A DNA stretch of 25,613 nt from Cyanobacteria bacterium P01_A01_bin.123 (GTDB lineage Bacteria > Cyanobacteriota > Cyanobacteriia > Phormidesmidales > Phormidesmidaceae). Under the pieces are notes generated by a model that was not told the origin of the DNA, did no database searches, and saw only the letters and a program-made list of their open reading frames with translations. This document shows, piece by piece, positions 1 through 8,797 of this stretch (positions within the stretch are counted from its first letter, which is position 1; every line of letters starts with the position of its first letter). Location: the NCBI GenBank assembly GCA_039815185.1, contig JBCBZT010000079.1, positions 1 through 25,613 on the forward strand. The letters run 5' to 3'. The position numbers and the translations under genes were made by a program.

Positions 1-19
1 GTTGCTTCCCTCACTCCCC

Positions 20-43
20 CCCTTTGAATCCGCTCAGGGCAAG
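20..43 (+). repeat. 24-nt small dispersed repeat-like element (CCCTTTGAATCCGCTCAGGGCAAG) within C-rich short tandem repeats
   Basis: CCCT...AGGG ends with a CGCTCAG core, embedded in CCCCATC/CCCCACT-type repeats (about 8-90). Resembles cyanobacterial SDR elements (from memory). Confidence 0.5.
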
Positions 44-106
44 TATCCCCCCATCCCCCCATCTCCCACTCCCCCTACCTCCCCACCCCATTCAGAGGAC
101 AAAGCC

Positions 107-388
107 ATGCTTCTCTTCGTCAGCAAGCGGCAAGCTACGGAATGTCTCAATCTCAGCAGTTCCACTCTCAAGAAATATCGGCTCCAAGGAGATTGGATTG
201 AAGGAATTCACTGGGTGCGCATCAATAGTCGCTGCATCCGCTACAACCTAGAACTGATTCGCGACTGGCTGCACAATCGGCAGAATCCGGCGGCTCATTT
301 GAGAGCTATTGAGGCGTATCAGGCGAGTTTGTTGAGTAATCAGCGGCGAGTGAGGCGGAAAAATACTTTAGGTCAATATGAAAAGTGA
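107..388 (+). CDS. Excisionase-like / winged-HTH DNA-binding protein
   Basis: ATG at 107 after GAGGA. The sequence SKRQATECLNLSSSTLKKYR...WIEGIHW...IRYNLELIRDW has the Xis/MerR-like pattern. It lies near an att site. Confidence 0.7.
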   Translation: MLLFVSKRQATECLNLSSSTLKKYRLQGDWIEGIHWVRINSRCIRYNLELIRDWLHNRQNPAAHLRAIEAYQASLLSNQRRVRRKNTLGQYEK

Positions 389-434
389 CTATTGTGCAAT
401 CAGGCTAGAGCGGGAATGCTTTCATAATCAAGGA

Positions 435-850
435 CTATAGTCCATTCCCAATCAATGTAAAGGGTGCCCAATAGTAGGGATGACTGAGTCGATTGGCAAC
501 CTCGTCAGGCAAGTTGGCTCGAACTGATTCTTCCCAGTCCACAATGTCCCGATCGGTATTGGCGACTACATTGTAGTCTCCGGCAATCAGGGCGACCTGG
601 GCTAGCCGCAGGGCTTCTGTCTTTGAGATCCTAGGTTTTTGCAGGGCTTGGTAAAAGGCGTTCATTACGGCTTGGGTGCCCTCATCACTGACTTTCCAAA
701 GGCGATCACGGCGCGTGCGCCACGACTTTGGAACTGGTGACCCAACCCTAGGAATCCTTTGCTATCGGTGAGCTGTCCAACCAGACCGGTTTCGCAGTCA
801 CTAAGCACCACGAGATCCATGTTATTGAGTTGTCTAGATCTGTAATCACT
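435..850 (-). pseudogene. CHAT-domain protein, C-terminal remnant
   Basis: Minus strand reads DLVVLSDCETG...GARAVIA, then a frameshift near 700, then WKVSDEGTQAVMNAFY...ALRLAQ...HPYYWAPFTLIGNGL. The N-terminus is missing. Confidence 0.85.
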
Positions 851-864
851 TACATCGGCGAGTT

Positions 865-884
865 TTGGGTATCAATTGGGTATC
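865..884 (+). repeat. Direct repeat TTGGGTATC x2 (candidate integrase arm-type sites)
   Basis: Copies at 865-873 and 876-884 (11-bp period), about 45 bp left of the tRNA fragment. Confidence 0.6.
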
Positions 885-929
885 GTAAGAACTTTAAACC
901 CTGAAACCCTCTCACAGCAACGAGTGTTG

Positions 930-976
930 GCTGATTTGTAATCAGCCGGTCGCAAGTTCGAGTCTTGTCACCAGCT
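930..976 (+). mobile_element. att site: 3' half of tRNA-Thr(UGU)
   Basis: Anticodon arm GCTGA-TTTGTAA-TCAGC, variable loop CGGTC, T arm GCAAG-TTCGAGT-CTTGT and acceptor 3' strand CACCAGC-T. No D arm or 5' acceptor strand upstream. An integrase starts about 100 bp downstream. Confidence 0.85.
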
Positions 977-1005
977 TAGGGATTCCAAGGCTTACGTATG
1001 TTCAC

Positions 1006-1080
1006 TTGCATTAAAATTGCATTCATGCATAGTCTGCTTTATGCAGCTATAAATGCCCAAGGTAATGCAGATTTAATGCA
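1006..1080. repeat. Paired repeats TTGCATT x2 and inverted TAATGCA x2 (candidate arm-type sites)
   Basis: TTGCATT at 1006-1012 and 1017-1023; TAATGCA at 1063-1069 and 1074-1080. Each pair has an 11-bp period. They lie between the att core and the integrase ATG. Confidence 0.6.
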
Positions 1081-1082
1081 AG

Positions 1083-1752
1083 ATGGCCGCTCGGAAACTG
1101 ACTTTGGAAGCCTTGAATGCACGCCTCAAGGCTGGGTGTATCGGGGTTAGTGTTTTGCGTCGAGGCGATCGTCTCTGGCTGCAGGCAACATTACCACCGA
1201 AGCCAGGAGCCAAGCAGAATTACGACCATCATCAGCAAGTTCCTTTGGGTATCTACGCCAACCCAGATGGTCTAAAGGAAGCTGAGAATCATGCAATCGA
1301 GATGGGAGCGCTGATAGCCCGAGGCACGTTTAGATGGATTGAATTTAATACTGGCGTTCAGGGAACCTGTCAGGCTTGGGCGAGCCGCTATCAGACCTAT
1401 CTGAAAGACAACAAGCTGAAAGGGGATAAAGACTTTCAGTGGCGAGAAAACTATTCGAACCCAGCGCTGAAGTGGTTGCCTCAAGATCAAGCCCTGACCG
1501 ATGAAGCCGTGATCGCTGCAGCCTAACATTACCCTGCAAATAGCCGCGCCCGTCAGCTCTGCTGTCAGGTGTTGAGTGAGTTTGCCAAATTTTGTGCGTT
1601 GCGGGTGGACTTGAAACCCTACAAGGGCATCTACAGCAGTCGCAAAACGAAAGAGAAATACATCCCCACAGATGAAGAAATTATTACGGGTAGTGAGTGT
1701 TTGATAGATAGAGCTGATTGGCTGTGGGTGTTTGGCATGATGGCTGCGTATA
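1083..1752 (+). pseudogene. Cyanobacterial tyrosine recombinase/integrase, nonsense-interrupted and truncated
   Basis: N-terminal LNARLK...RLWLQATLPPKPG...LGIYANPDGLKEAE. An in-frame TAA at 1524-1526 is followed in the same frame by NSRARQ...YIPTDEEI...WVFGMMAAY. Similarity ends just before the expected GLR catalytic Arg. Confidence 0.85.
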
Positions 1753-3415
1753 GACTGCCAAGTTCTCAAAAGATTTCCTGTGAGTTCTGACGACAGACCA
1801 ATATCTGCGTACAGTAATCGAGTTTGATTCAGACAAAAGGTCGTCAATGAAATTGCTGCCTCTAAGGTCTCGTTCGAGATTTCCTCGGGTACCTCTATCC
1901 CCTGACTGGCATATTCGAGGCAATGAGCAATAAGGGCCACTCGACCCGCGCGATCGCGATATTTGGGATACAGCACCCGTTCCACAGGAATTTCAGCGCT
2001 CAGTCGTTTGTCCTCGATCCACTCATGCCAGCGTCGCCATGTTGCTCGCGCCTCAGCCGAGAGCCGGAAGGATTTAGCTGGAACTTGCTCCAGGCGTTGA
2101 TAGGTAGAATGCAGCCAGGTGGTTAAATCAATCTTGGGGCCATCATCGGAAGCCGGGAGGCGTCTCAAGGGTAACCTTTCCCTTGCCACCCTTGTACTGA
2201 TTGAACGAATGGAAGAAGCCGGATAGTTCATCCACAGCAACCGCTAATCCCTTATCCGTCTGCTCCGTGACAATTCGTTGAATCTTCTCAACGGTCGCAT
2301 TATCGACGTAGTAGTGCTTGAGAGTTGGAGGAGGCAGTTCCTCTGTTGCCCCTGCTTCAGTTTGTGCTTGCCTGTAGGCCTGCCTAGCCATGTCGTATTG
2401 AGCGCTAGCATCTGCCTGGAGGTGGTAGATAGGTTTTAAGGCGAGGTTAAACACTGGCGTCTTAATGGAACCCGGTTCAGCGACCAGGCCACCCCAAAAG
2501 ATAGGTGGGATACGGTAGTCGGTGCCGCCACCAATGGCCAGATTGGTTTCCGGGTTGAGCAGTGAGCCCGCTACCGAGAGCAAAGGAACGGAAAAGGCCA
2601 CACTCGGCTGGTTAAAGGCTTGGGCGTAACGTGCGATTTGAGATGCTAGCGTGGGCAATAGACAGGAAATATCGCAGGTATCCTGAGTGGCCCTGACCAG
2701 GTCATCAAAGTCAGCGGGGTCAACGGCAGAAACTGCTGCGGTATCTCGCTCTTGTTGAATGGCTCGATAGAGGTTTTCCAGTTCACGGGCTTGCCGTCCG
2801 GTCTGCTCAGCTAGACGAAATATCTCTATCTGCGCGTCTGACTGGGCAACACCCTCCAGGGCCAGTGCTTCCAATCGCTTGCGGGCGTCGGCCAGAGAAA
2901 CTTCGGCTATCTCATCCGGTTGAGGTGTGTTGGCAGACTCCAGAGGACGCCGGGGTTCAATGGCGGATAGGATTGTTTCTGCCGTTGCCCCATTTGCCAT
3001 CCAGTCCGCAATATCAAACCCATTGGAAGCTGGTAACCGCTGCCACAGATAGGAGGTGGGATTGGCGTACAGCCATCGGGCCTCGGGATAATCAGCCGCA
3101 ACGGCATTGGCATACTTCATGCCTTTCGTATCTTGGTCGGGGCAGATAATGACTTTTTCTGGAGGAAACACACCCTGGTGAATGCCAGGACGATAGGCAT
3201 CAGAACCTCGAATGGTTGTCGTTGCTGGGATGCCAAGCTGCCAACAGGCATCCGCACACGGTTCACCTTCGACCCAGAGAAGGTAAGGGGAACCCTGCTC
3301 TAACGCTTTGAGACATTCGTCAAAACGGTAGGGTGCTGCATGGGGCTCCAGGTCGTTAGGCTGTTTGCCTGGAATGAGGGATTTCTGCCAGAGCTGACGG
3401 CTTCCCTCACCATCC
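1752..3415 (-). pseudogene. TOPRIM primase + DUF3987-type replication protein, truncated and internally deleted
   Basis: TOPRIM motifs VEGE and CPDQD, Walker A-like AEPGSIKT, DNATVEK and Walker B-like DELSGFF. After a frame switch near 2180 it continues LSAEARATW...YPKYRDRAGRVALIAH. Confidence 0.8.
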
Positions 3416-3984
3416 CCAATTTCTGTGTTGGTGCGTCCCAAAGCAACTAACTCGGCAATTTGCAACTCACGAGGCGTTAAGCGATCGCTTTTGAAAGATT
3501 GATGCTGAGAATTTTCCGTAGAAACACTGTGTGAACGCACGGTTGTAGCCCAAACAGACCGCACTCAGATCTGCTAGGTTCTGCGTATCGAAAGCAGGCA
3601 TTGACTGTTCGCGTGTGCAGCCTACGACACCTATCAATTGACCATTGCTGACGATCGTCCTGCCATCACATGCCAGTGATCTGGGCGAGGGCAGATTAAT
3701 TTCCAAGCCTTGGGTGTTGTCACCAGTCCTTCATGAACAGGCGTATTGCGATCGGCAAGGTAACTTGCTACAGGGCTATGTTCAAGGGATAGGGCAACGT
3801 TTAGAACGCCTTGAAGCTTATGTTCGGCTAGAAACTGGTCAAAGAAAAAGATCCCTGATCGCTTGGCAGCAAAGTACTCACCAATCTTCGGTGCCAAGGT
3901 GCGATCGCAAGACATCTTCATCCTTTGTCTGATAGATTTCTTCAAATAGATTTCTTCAAATAAAAGTTTTAAGGAAATGGTCAT
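3415..3984 (-). pseudogene. GAF-like + LuxR HTH transcriptional regulator, frameshifted and 3'-truncated
   Basis: Pieces in different frames join as PVHEGLV...CPRPDHWHVMAG / IVSNGQLIGVVGCTR...FDTQNLADLSAVC / LTPRELQIAELVALGRTNTEIG. There is a 14-bp tandem duplication at 3932-3959. Confidence 0.85.
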
Positions 3985-4083
3985 GACGGTGAAAATAGTA
4001 CTCGATCGAGGACTAGGTGCACTGGGCTGCTATCCCTAGCATAAGGATAAATTCAATTGAAGTCACCACAAGGAAATTAATTC

Positions 4084-4758
4084 ATGACTGACTCACAAAA
4101 GCACATCATTGGTTTGGTCTTTTATCCCGGCATGACCTCACTGGATATAGTGGGACCGCATCAAGTTTTCAGTGCGCTTCCTGATGTCGAACTGCATCGG
4201 ATTTGGAAAACGCTAGACCCCATTACATGCGATGACGGATTGGCGATTGTACCGGATACTACCTTTGCAAATTGTCCACCCTTGGACGTAATTTGTGTTG
4301 GCGGCGGTCTAGAACAACGAGCAATTGTAGACGATCCAGAGGTGCTTGAGTTTTTCCGAAAACAAGGCAGGACTGCAAAATTTATCACCTCTGTGTGTGG
4401 CGGGTCGGAGTTTTTGGCGAAAGCGGGTCTGCTACAGGGTTATCGAGCAACGACGCACTGGGGAATGCGAGAAGAACTTGCCAAACTGGGGGTTGAGGTT
4501 GGAACCGAGCGTGTCGTGGTCGATCGCAATCGCATTACGGGTGGAGGCGTGACAGCCGGAATCGATTTTGGTTTAACGATCGCGAGTATCCTTTACGGCG
4601 AGGAAACCGCCAAGATTGTTCAATTATTACTGGAGTACGATCCCGCTCCTCCCTTTGATGCCGGTTCGCCCGAAAAAGCGGGTTCTGAGTTGGTCAATAA
4701 AGCCATGTTATTTATGCAGGAGATGTCAAGTTTAGAACTCGCAAACTCAGTAAGCTGA
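4084..4758 (+). CDS. DJ-1/PfpI family protein, isocyanide hydratase-like
   Basis: Motifs LDIVGP, SVCGGS (nucleophilic Cys), ATTHW, TGGGVTAGIDF and C-terminal EYDPAPPFDAGSP. RBS AAGGA. Confidence 0.9.
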   Translation: MTDSQKHIIGLVFYPGMTSLDIVGPHQVFSALPDVELHRIWKTLDPITCDDGLAIVPDTTFANCPPLDVICVGGGLEQRAIVDDPEVLEFFRKQGRTAKFITSVCGGSEFLAKAGLLQGYRATTHWGMREELAKLGVEVGTERVVVDRNRITGGGVTAGIDFGLTIASILYGEETAKIVQLLLEYDPAPPFDAGSPEKAGSELVNKAMLFMQEMSSLELANSVS

Positions 4759-4759
4759 C

Positions 4760-5041
4760 ATGACTACAACTTCGGAAACAGATCGCGATATTGCTGCTGC
4801 AAGCTGGATAAAACCTGGGTTTTACGCGACTTCTATCCTCTTTAATGTCTGCTTAATTATTCAGGTATTAACGGTTGGTTTTGCCTACTTCACCGATCCT
4901 GCCTGGTGGACTATTCATGTGTGGCTCGTGCGAGGGCATGGTGGACTATCACTAATATTGTTGATGGGATCATTGACTGCTCCATTTTCAGATAGAGTTC
5001 GCTTTATCTGGATCTTTAGGCTGATATCTTGTGGTGCGTAG
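4760..5041 (+). pseudogene. Small membrane protein (DUF6220-like), probably 3'-truncated
   Basis: Starts 1 nt after the DJ-1 stop. Two hydrophobic segments and WWTIH. It appears to break off after DRVR (family call from memory). Confidence 0.5.
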
Positions 5042-5068
5042 ATCTGTGGTCTCAAAATCCACTTTTGA

Positions 5069-5962
5069 TTATCGCTTTTGATAAACTTTGGGTGTCACCC
5101 CTGTCATCTGACGGAAGATTTTTGTTAGATGAGTTTGATTTGCAAAGCCGCAATCTAGGGCAATGATGCTAATTGCAATCGATTGCTGTTCCAGTAATTG
5201 TTTGGCTCGTTCCACACGTTGCTGCATCAAATACTGATAGGGGGAAATTCCCACTGATTGTTTGAAGGATCGGCTAAAGTGGGACTCGCTTATGCTGGTC
5301 AGGGTCGCCAAATCCAAAATCGATATATCTTGTGTCAAATTTGCCTTCATGTAATCAATGACTCGCTCCAACTGTGACTGGGATAAACCATTGGCTTTGA
5401 ACTCACGTGAAGGTTTGCTGACTGCATAGTTCTGCACCAAACGAGCGGCAAGTGCTGTTCCCAATGACTCGCCATACAACCTGCCAGACAGGCAGCCCGT
5501 TTGGATTTCCATCTTGAGTGCTAGGGCTAATTGCTGGATCACTGGATCATCGATCGAAAACTGTGGAATCAGTTCTATTTCACGCTGCATCAATTCCTGA
5601 GTAGTTTGATTCAGCAATGTTGGACAAATCACAATCGCCGAAAATTCGACTTCTCGATCCCAGTTTGTCTGACGACTAAGAAATGCTGGAATAAGATCTA
5701 TGCGACCGTTGCCGTGGGTATAGTGATTAAACTTGCCGTCCAAACGATGCTCTACCTGAAAGCAACTTTTGGGGTCTGTGATCACCAGTGAATGTTGTAG
5801 AAGGCGATGCTCAATCGTTTCATGGGTAGGATGGCAGTGGTGGACGAAGGTTAACCCTTTCCATCCCGTATGATAGCTAGCGACTAGGGGTGCTTGTGGA
5901 AGTGCTCGCGCTGCTTCCTCTTGGTTTGTAAAGTCAAGTGTGGCGATTGCATGATTCACCAT
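5069..5962 (-). CDS. AraC family transcriptional regulator
   Basis: C-terminal double HTH: SESHFSRSFKQSVGISPYQY...IALDCGFANQTHLTKIFRQMTGVTP. Confidence 0.95.
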   Translation of the reverse strand: MVNHAIATLDFTNQEEAARALPQAPLVASYHTGWKGLTFVHHCHPTHETIEHRLLQHSLVITDPKSCFQVEHRLDGKFNHYTHGNGRIDLIPAFLSRQTNWDREVEFSAIVICPTLLNQTTQELMQREIELIPQFSIDDPVIQQLALALKMEIQTGCLSGRLYGESLGTALAARLVQNYAVSKPSREFKANGLSQSQLERVIDYMKANLTQDISILDLATLTSISESHFSRSFKQSVGISPYQYLMQQRVERAKQLLEQQSIAISIIALDCGFANQTHLTKIFRQMTGVTPKVYQKR

Positions 5963-6049
5963 CGGCTTTACCCAGTCCAGATTTCACATTCCAAGTCGGA
6001 TTGGGATAATTTTAGCAGAATTGGATGAGACGGCACGTTACGGCTATGC

Positions 6050-6370
6050 CTACGTTAGGGGTATGTGAACGCGATCGCCGTATGGGATTAGTGCATCAAA
6101 CTCTGGGCATTTCCCGGTGAACAATGGATACGTGTTCAGGATTTCTAGGCAGTCTTCCCGGTTAAGGTAATGCTCAGACATGATGACCAACTCACCACCA
6201 TAATGCTCGGCCCTCAAGGGCTCATCTGCAAAGTTCGGGCAAGGGATTTTGGCTGGTCCAGATGGATGCACAGCATATACCAGGTACTCCTCTCCGAGAT
6301 ACCCGCTAAACCTCTGGCAGCGATTCTCGTTCCGAGAGGCTTCGCCAACGCACTCAGATGATTTGGGCAT
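6050..6370 (-). CDS. Cys-rich cyanobacterial hypothetical protein, possibly degenerate, carrying a 24-nt in-frame insertion
   Basis: MPK...C..C...AVHPSGP...CPNF...PLFTGKCP pattern. RBS GGAG upstream. Confidence 0.55.
   Translation of the reverse strand: MPKSSECVGEASRNENRCQRFSGYLGEEYLVYAVHPSGPAKIPCPNFADEPLRAEHYGGELVIMSEHYLNREDCLEILNTYPLFTGKCPEFDALIPYGDRVHIPLT
6325..6348. mobile_element. 24-nt HIP1-targeted small dispersed repeat (SDR5-like)
   Basis: GCGAT (6320-6324) + TCTCGTTCCGAGAGGCTTCGCCAA + CGC (6349-6351). Removing the insert restores GCGATCGC. Internal hairpin TCTCG-TTC-CGAGA. Confidence 0.8.
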
Positions 6371-6492
6371 AGATTGGACTCATGATTCCTGGAGACTCGA
6401 TTTTAGGCGATCACCTTCAAGAGAACTATGTGCTGGGTGGGGCGATCGCAATCACCATTTTGTAGTGAGACAGGATGCGGGGAGGCCCGTCG

Positions 6493-7158
6493 ATGAGCTA
6501 TATGGAGTCCATGATTCGCCTTTTATTGGTAGACGACCAAACTCTCATTGTCCAAGGGTTAGCGGTAATGCTAGCACTGGAGGCGGATTTTCAGGTAGTC
6601 GGAACTGCGGATGACGGTCAAACTGCCATCGAGCAGGTTGCAGCCTTACAGCCGGATGTGGTGCTGATGGATATACGGATGCCCGTGATGGATGGTAGGG
6701 AGGCGGTGCGAATACTGTCCCGGCAATTTCCCAAAGTCAAAGTCTTGGTACTCAGCACCTTTGATGACGACGAATACATCTGTGACTCTATACGAGCGGG
6801 AGCTAAAGGCTATTTGCTCAAGGACATGCCGTCTGAAGAGCTGGCTCAGTCGATTCGGTTGGTGCATCACGGCTATGCCCAATTGGGGCCAGGTTTGATA
6901 GAGAAGTTAATGCCCAACATCCCGTCTGCAGGTGCGGCGGATCCCGAGCCAGTGCCACCTAAATTGTCCCAGCTAACCCCTCGTGAACGAGAGGTACTGT
7001 GCTTGATTGGTAGAGGCTCAACTAACCGTGAAATTGCCCAGGCACTATACATTTCCGAAGGGACGGTCAAAACCCACGTCACCCACCTCTTCAACCGCCT
7101 TAATCTCCGCAACCGCTCTCAGCTAGCTATTTATGCAAATCGGGTCTTGCCGCTTTGA
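6493..7158 (+). CDS. NarL/FixJ family response regulator
   Basis: REC domain (LLVDD, DVVLMDIRMP, LSTF, GYLLK) plus LuxR HTH (LTPREREVL...TVKTHV). GGAGG precedes ATG 6493; the start is uncertain. Confidence 0.95.
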   Translation: MSYMESMIRLLLVDDQTLIVQGLAVMLALEADFQVVGTADDGQTAIEQVAALQPDVVLMDIRMPVMDGREAVRILSRQFPKVKVLVLSTFDDDEYICDSIRAGAKGYLLKDMPSEELAQSIRLVHHGYAQLGPGLIEKLMPNIPSAGAADPEPVPPKLSQLTPREREVLCLIGRGSTNREIAQALYISEGTVKTHVTHLFNRLNLRNRSQLAIYANRVLPL

Positions 7159-7429
7159 ATAATTAGACAATAAGTCCTTTCAGTTGATTAGACCTCTTGC
7201 ATAAATCGAAAAGCACAACGCAACCACAGGGGTTTTAGCCTTCAGATTGGGGTTCGTGGAAGAAGTCTATTAGGATTATGGGCTGAAGATTGTTGGGTGA
7301 GAAGTGCTCACTAGCAATTCTGTTCAGAATCGCTCATTCTCGACTCAGAGATGCTGATGAGGTTACGGCTTCAGTCAATCTGGTTATCTGTGCCCTGCGA
7401 TCGCGACCGTTCGGCAGCTATTATCGGCT

Positions 7430-8677
7430 TTAACTTAGACTATTGCTGCCCAACCAAGAATAGACAACACTGTCGATCGTGGTTTTTCCTTTCTTGCTAA
7501 GGGGAATTTCGACCGTGAGTCGGCAGCCAGCTCCCGGTTTCGTCTCAATCTGGAACCGTCCTTTGACAGCAGCGATTCGCTCTTCCATCCCTTGGAGTCC
7601 GAATCCTGCCCGATTTTGATTCAGATCGAACCCTTTGCCGTTATCAACGACTGTGAGATATATCTGGTCTTGGGTGGTGTGCAGCTGTATTTGAACCTCT
7701 GTTGCTTGGGCGTGTTTGCTGGTATTGGTCAAGGCTTCCTGTACAAGTCGATAAATGGTCTTGGTTATCTGGGGCGGCAACGGAGCACAGCAGTTATAGT
7801 TAGCGTGGATGGCTAAACCGGTGCCAGCCTGAACGTTCTTGACTAAAGCATCGAGTTTAGCTTCAAGGGGAAAATCGTCGGCAGAATCCTGACGCAAGGT
7901 ACTGACGGATCGACGCACTTCCTTCATCGCAGCAGTGCCCAGTTGCTGGGCCTGAGCTAGGAATGGCTGGACTTTTGTGGAGTCTACTGACCAGAGTTTG
8001 ACCGCCGTGGATAGCTGAATGTTGAGGCTTGTCAGTACGTGACCTAAAGAATCGTGGATGTCGCGGGCAATCCGGTTACGCTCCTGTATAGCTGCTAGGT
8101 CTTCAACTTGCTGGGCGTACTGCTGTAACTGTTCATGAGCCTGATCGAGTTGTTGTCGCATATGGCGCTCGGCGAGCAATTTATTGGTCAACTGCAACAC
8201 AAAAAAGATGCCTAGACCAAACACTAGGGTTTCTGCTAGTGTATGCATCCCAAAATGAAGTTGTTCGTCTGCTGTTTTGGGTAGAGCGCGCTGAATATAC
8301 TTAACCTCGTTGCCCATGAAGAGAAGAGAAATCAAACCAGCAACTGCCCAGCGACCTAGAGGTTCAAATAGAAAGCAGCTCCGCATCACCACAATTAGAT
8401 AGAGTGTAGGCAAGATATGAAGGTATCCCAATACCGTGCCATAAAAAATCAAGCCAATTTCGAGTGCGGTATAGAGAACTTTGACCGCGAGCTTACCGGT
8501 TGGCAAGAACAACCCCATTAAACCGAGCAGCACTAGAATCATTATGTGATTTACGGGTATCATCTGCCCCTGCCAGGCTTCCACCACAGCCAGAGAAGCA
8601 CAGCTAGCAAGCATCACCCATTCGGTAATGAGTAAAAAGCGAAAAGGATGGGGGAGAAATTTAAATGAGGATGTCAT
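7430..8677 (-). CDS. Membrane sensor histidine kinase (HisKA_3 type)
   Basis: N-terminal TM segments, H box ERNRIARDIHDSLGH, N box QEALTNTSKHA, DNGKGF and GFGLQGMEER. Confidence 0.95.
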   Translation of the reverse strand: MTSSFKFLPHPFRFLLITEWVMLASCASLAVVEAWQGQMIPVNHIMILVLLGLMGLFLPTGKLAVKVLYTALEIGLIFYGTVLGYLHILPTLYLIVVMRSCFLFEPLGRWAVAGLISLLFMGNEVKYIQRALPKTADEQLHFGMHTLAETLVFGLGIFFVLQLTNKLLAERHMRQQLDQAHEQLQQYAQQVEDLAAIQERNRIARDIHDSLGHVLTSLNIQLSTAVKLWSVDSTKVQPFLAQAQQLGTAAMKEVRRSVSTLRQDSADDFPLEAKLDALVKNVQAGTGLAIHANYNCCAPLPPQITKTIYRLVQEALTNTSKHAQATEVQIQLHTTQDQIYLTVVDNGKGFDLNQNRAGFGLQGMEERIAAVKGRFQIETKPGAGCRLTVEIPLSKKGKTTIDSVVYSWLGSNSLS

Positions 8678-8755
8678 AAAAACAAGCAGGGACAGTATGT
8701 TCCTTTATTAAACTGCTAAAAACACTCTCAGTAACACTACAAAACTTGAGTTTAT

Positions 8756-8797
8756 GACTTTTGTCTCAATCGCTTGTTCTGCTATAAGACTTTAGTC
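8756..8797. promoter_or_regulatory. Two GAC-N4-GTC palindromes (candidate operator)
   Basis: GACTTTTGTC at 8756-8765 and GACTTTAGTC at 8788-8797, 32 bp apart, upstream of the kinase. Confidence 0.4.

Noticed and set aside
2..106. Pro-rich N-terminal extension of the first ORF
   Set aside because: It is read-through of C-rich repeats. The ATG at 107 has an RBS.
900..976. Complete tRNA-Thr gene
   Set aside because: No D arm and no 5' acceptor strand complementary to CACCAGC upstream of 930. Only the 3' half is present.
1272..2240. 322-aa minus-strand ORF as an intact gene
   Set aside because: Only about 1752-2180 is DUF3987-like. The remainder is antisense read-through of the integrase.
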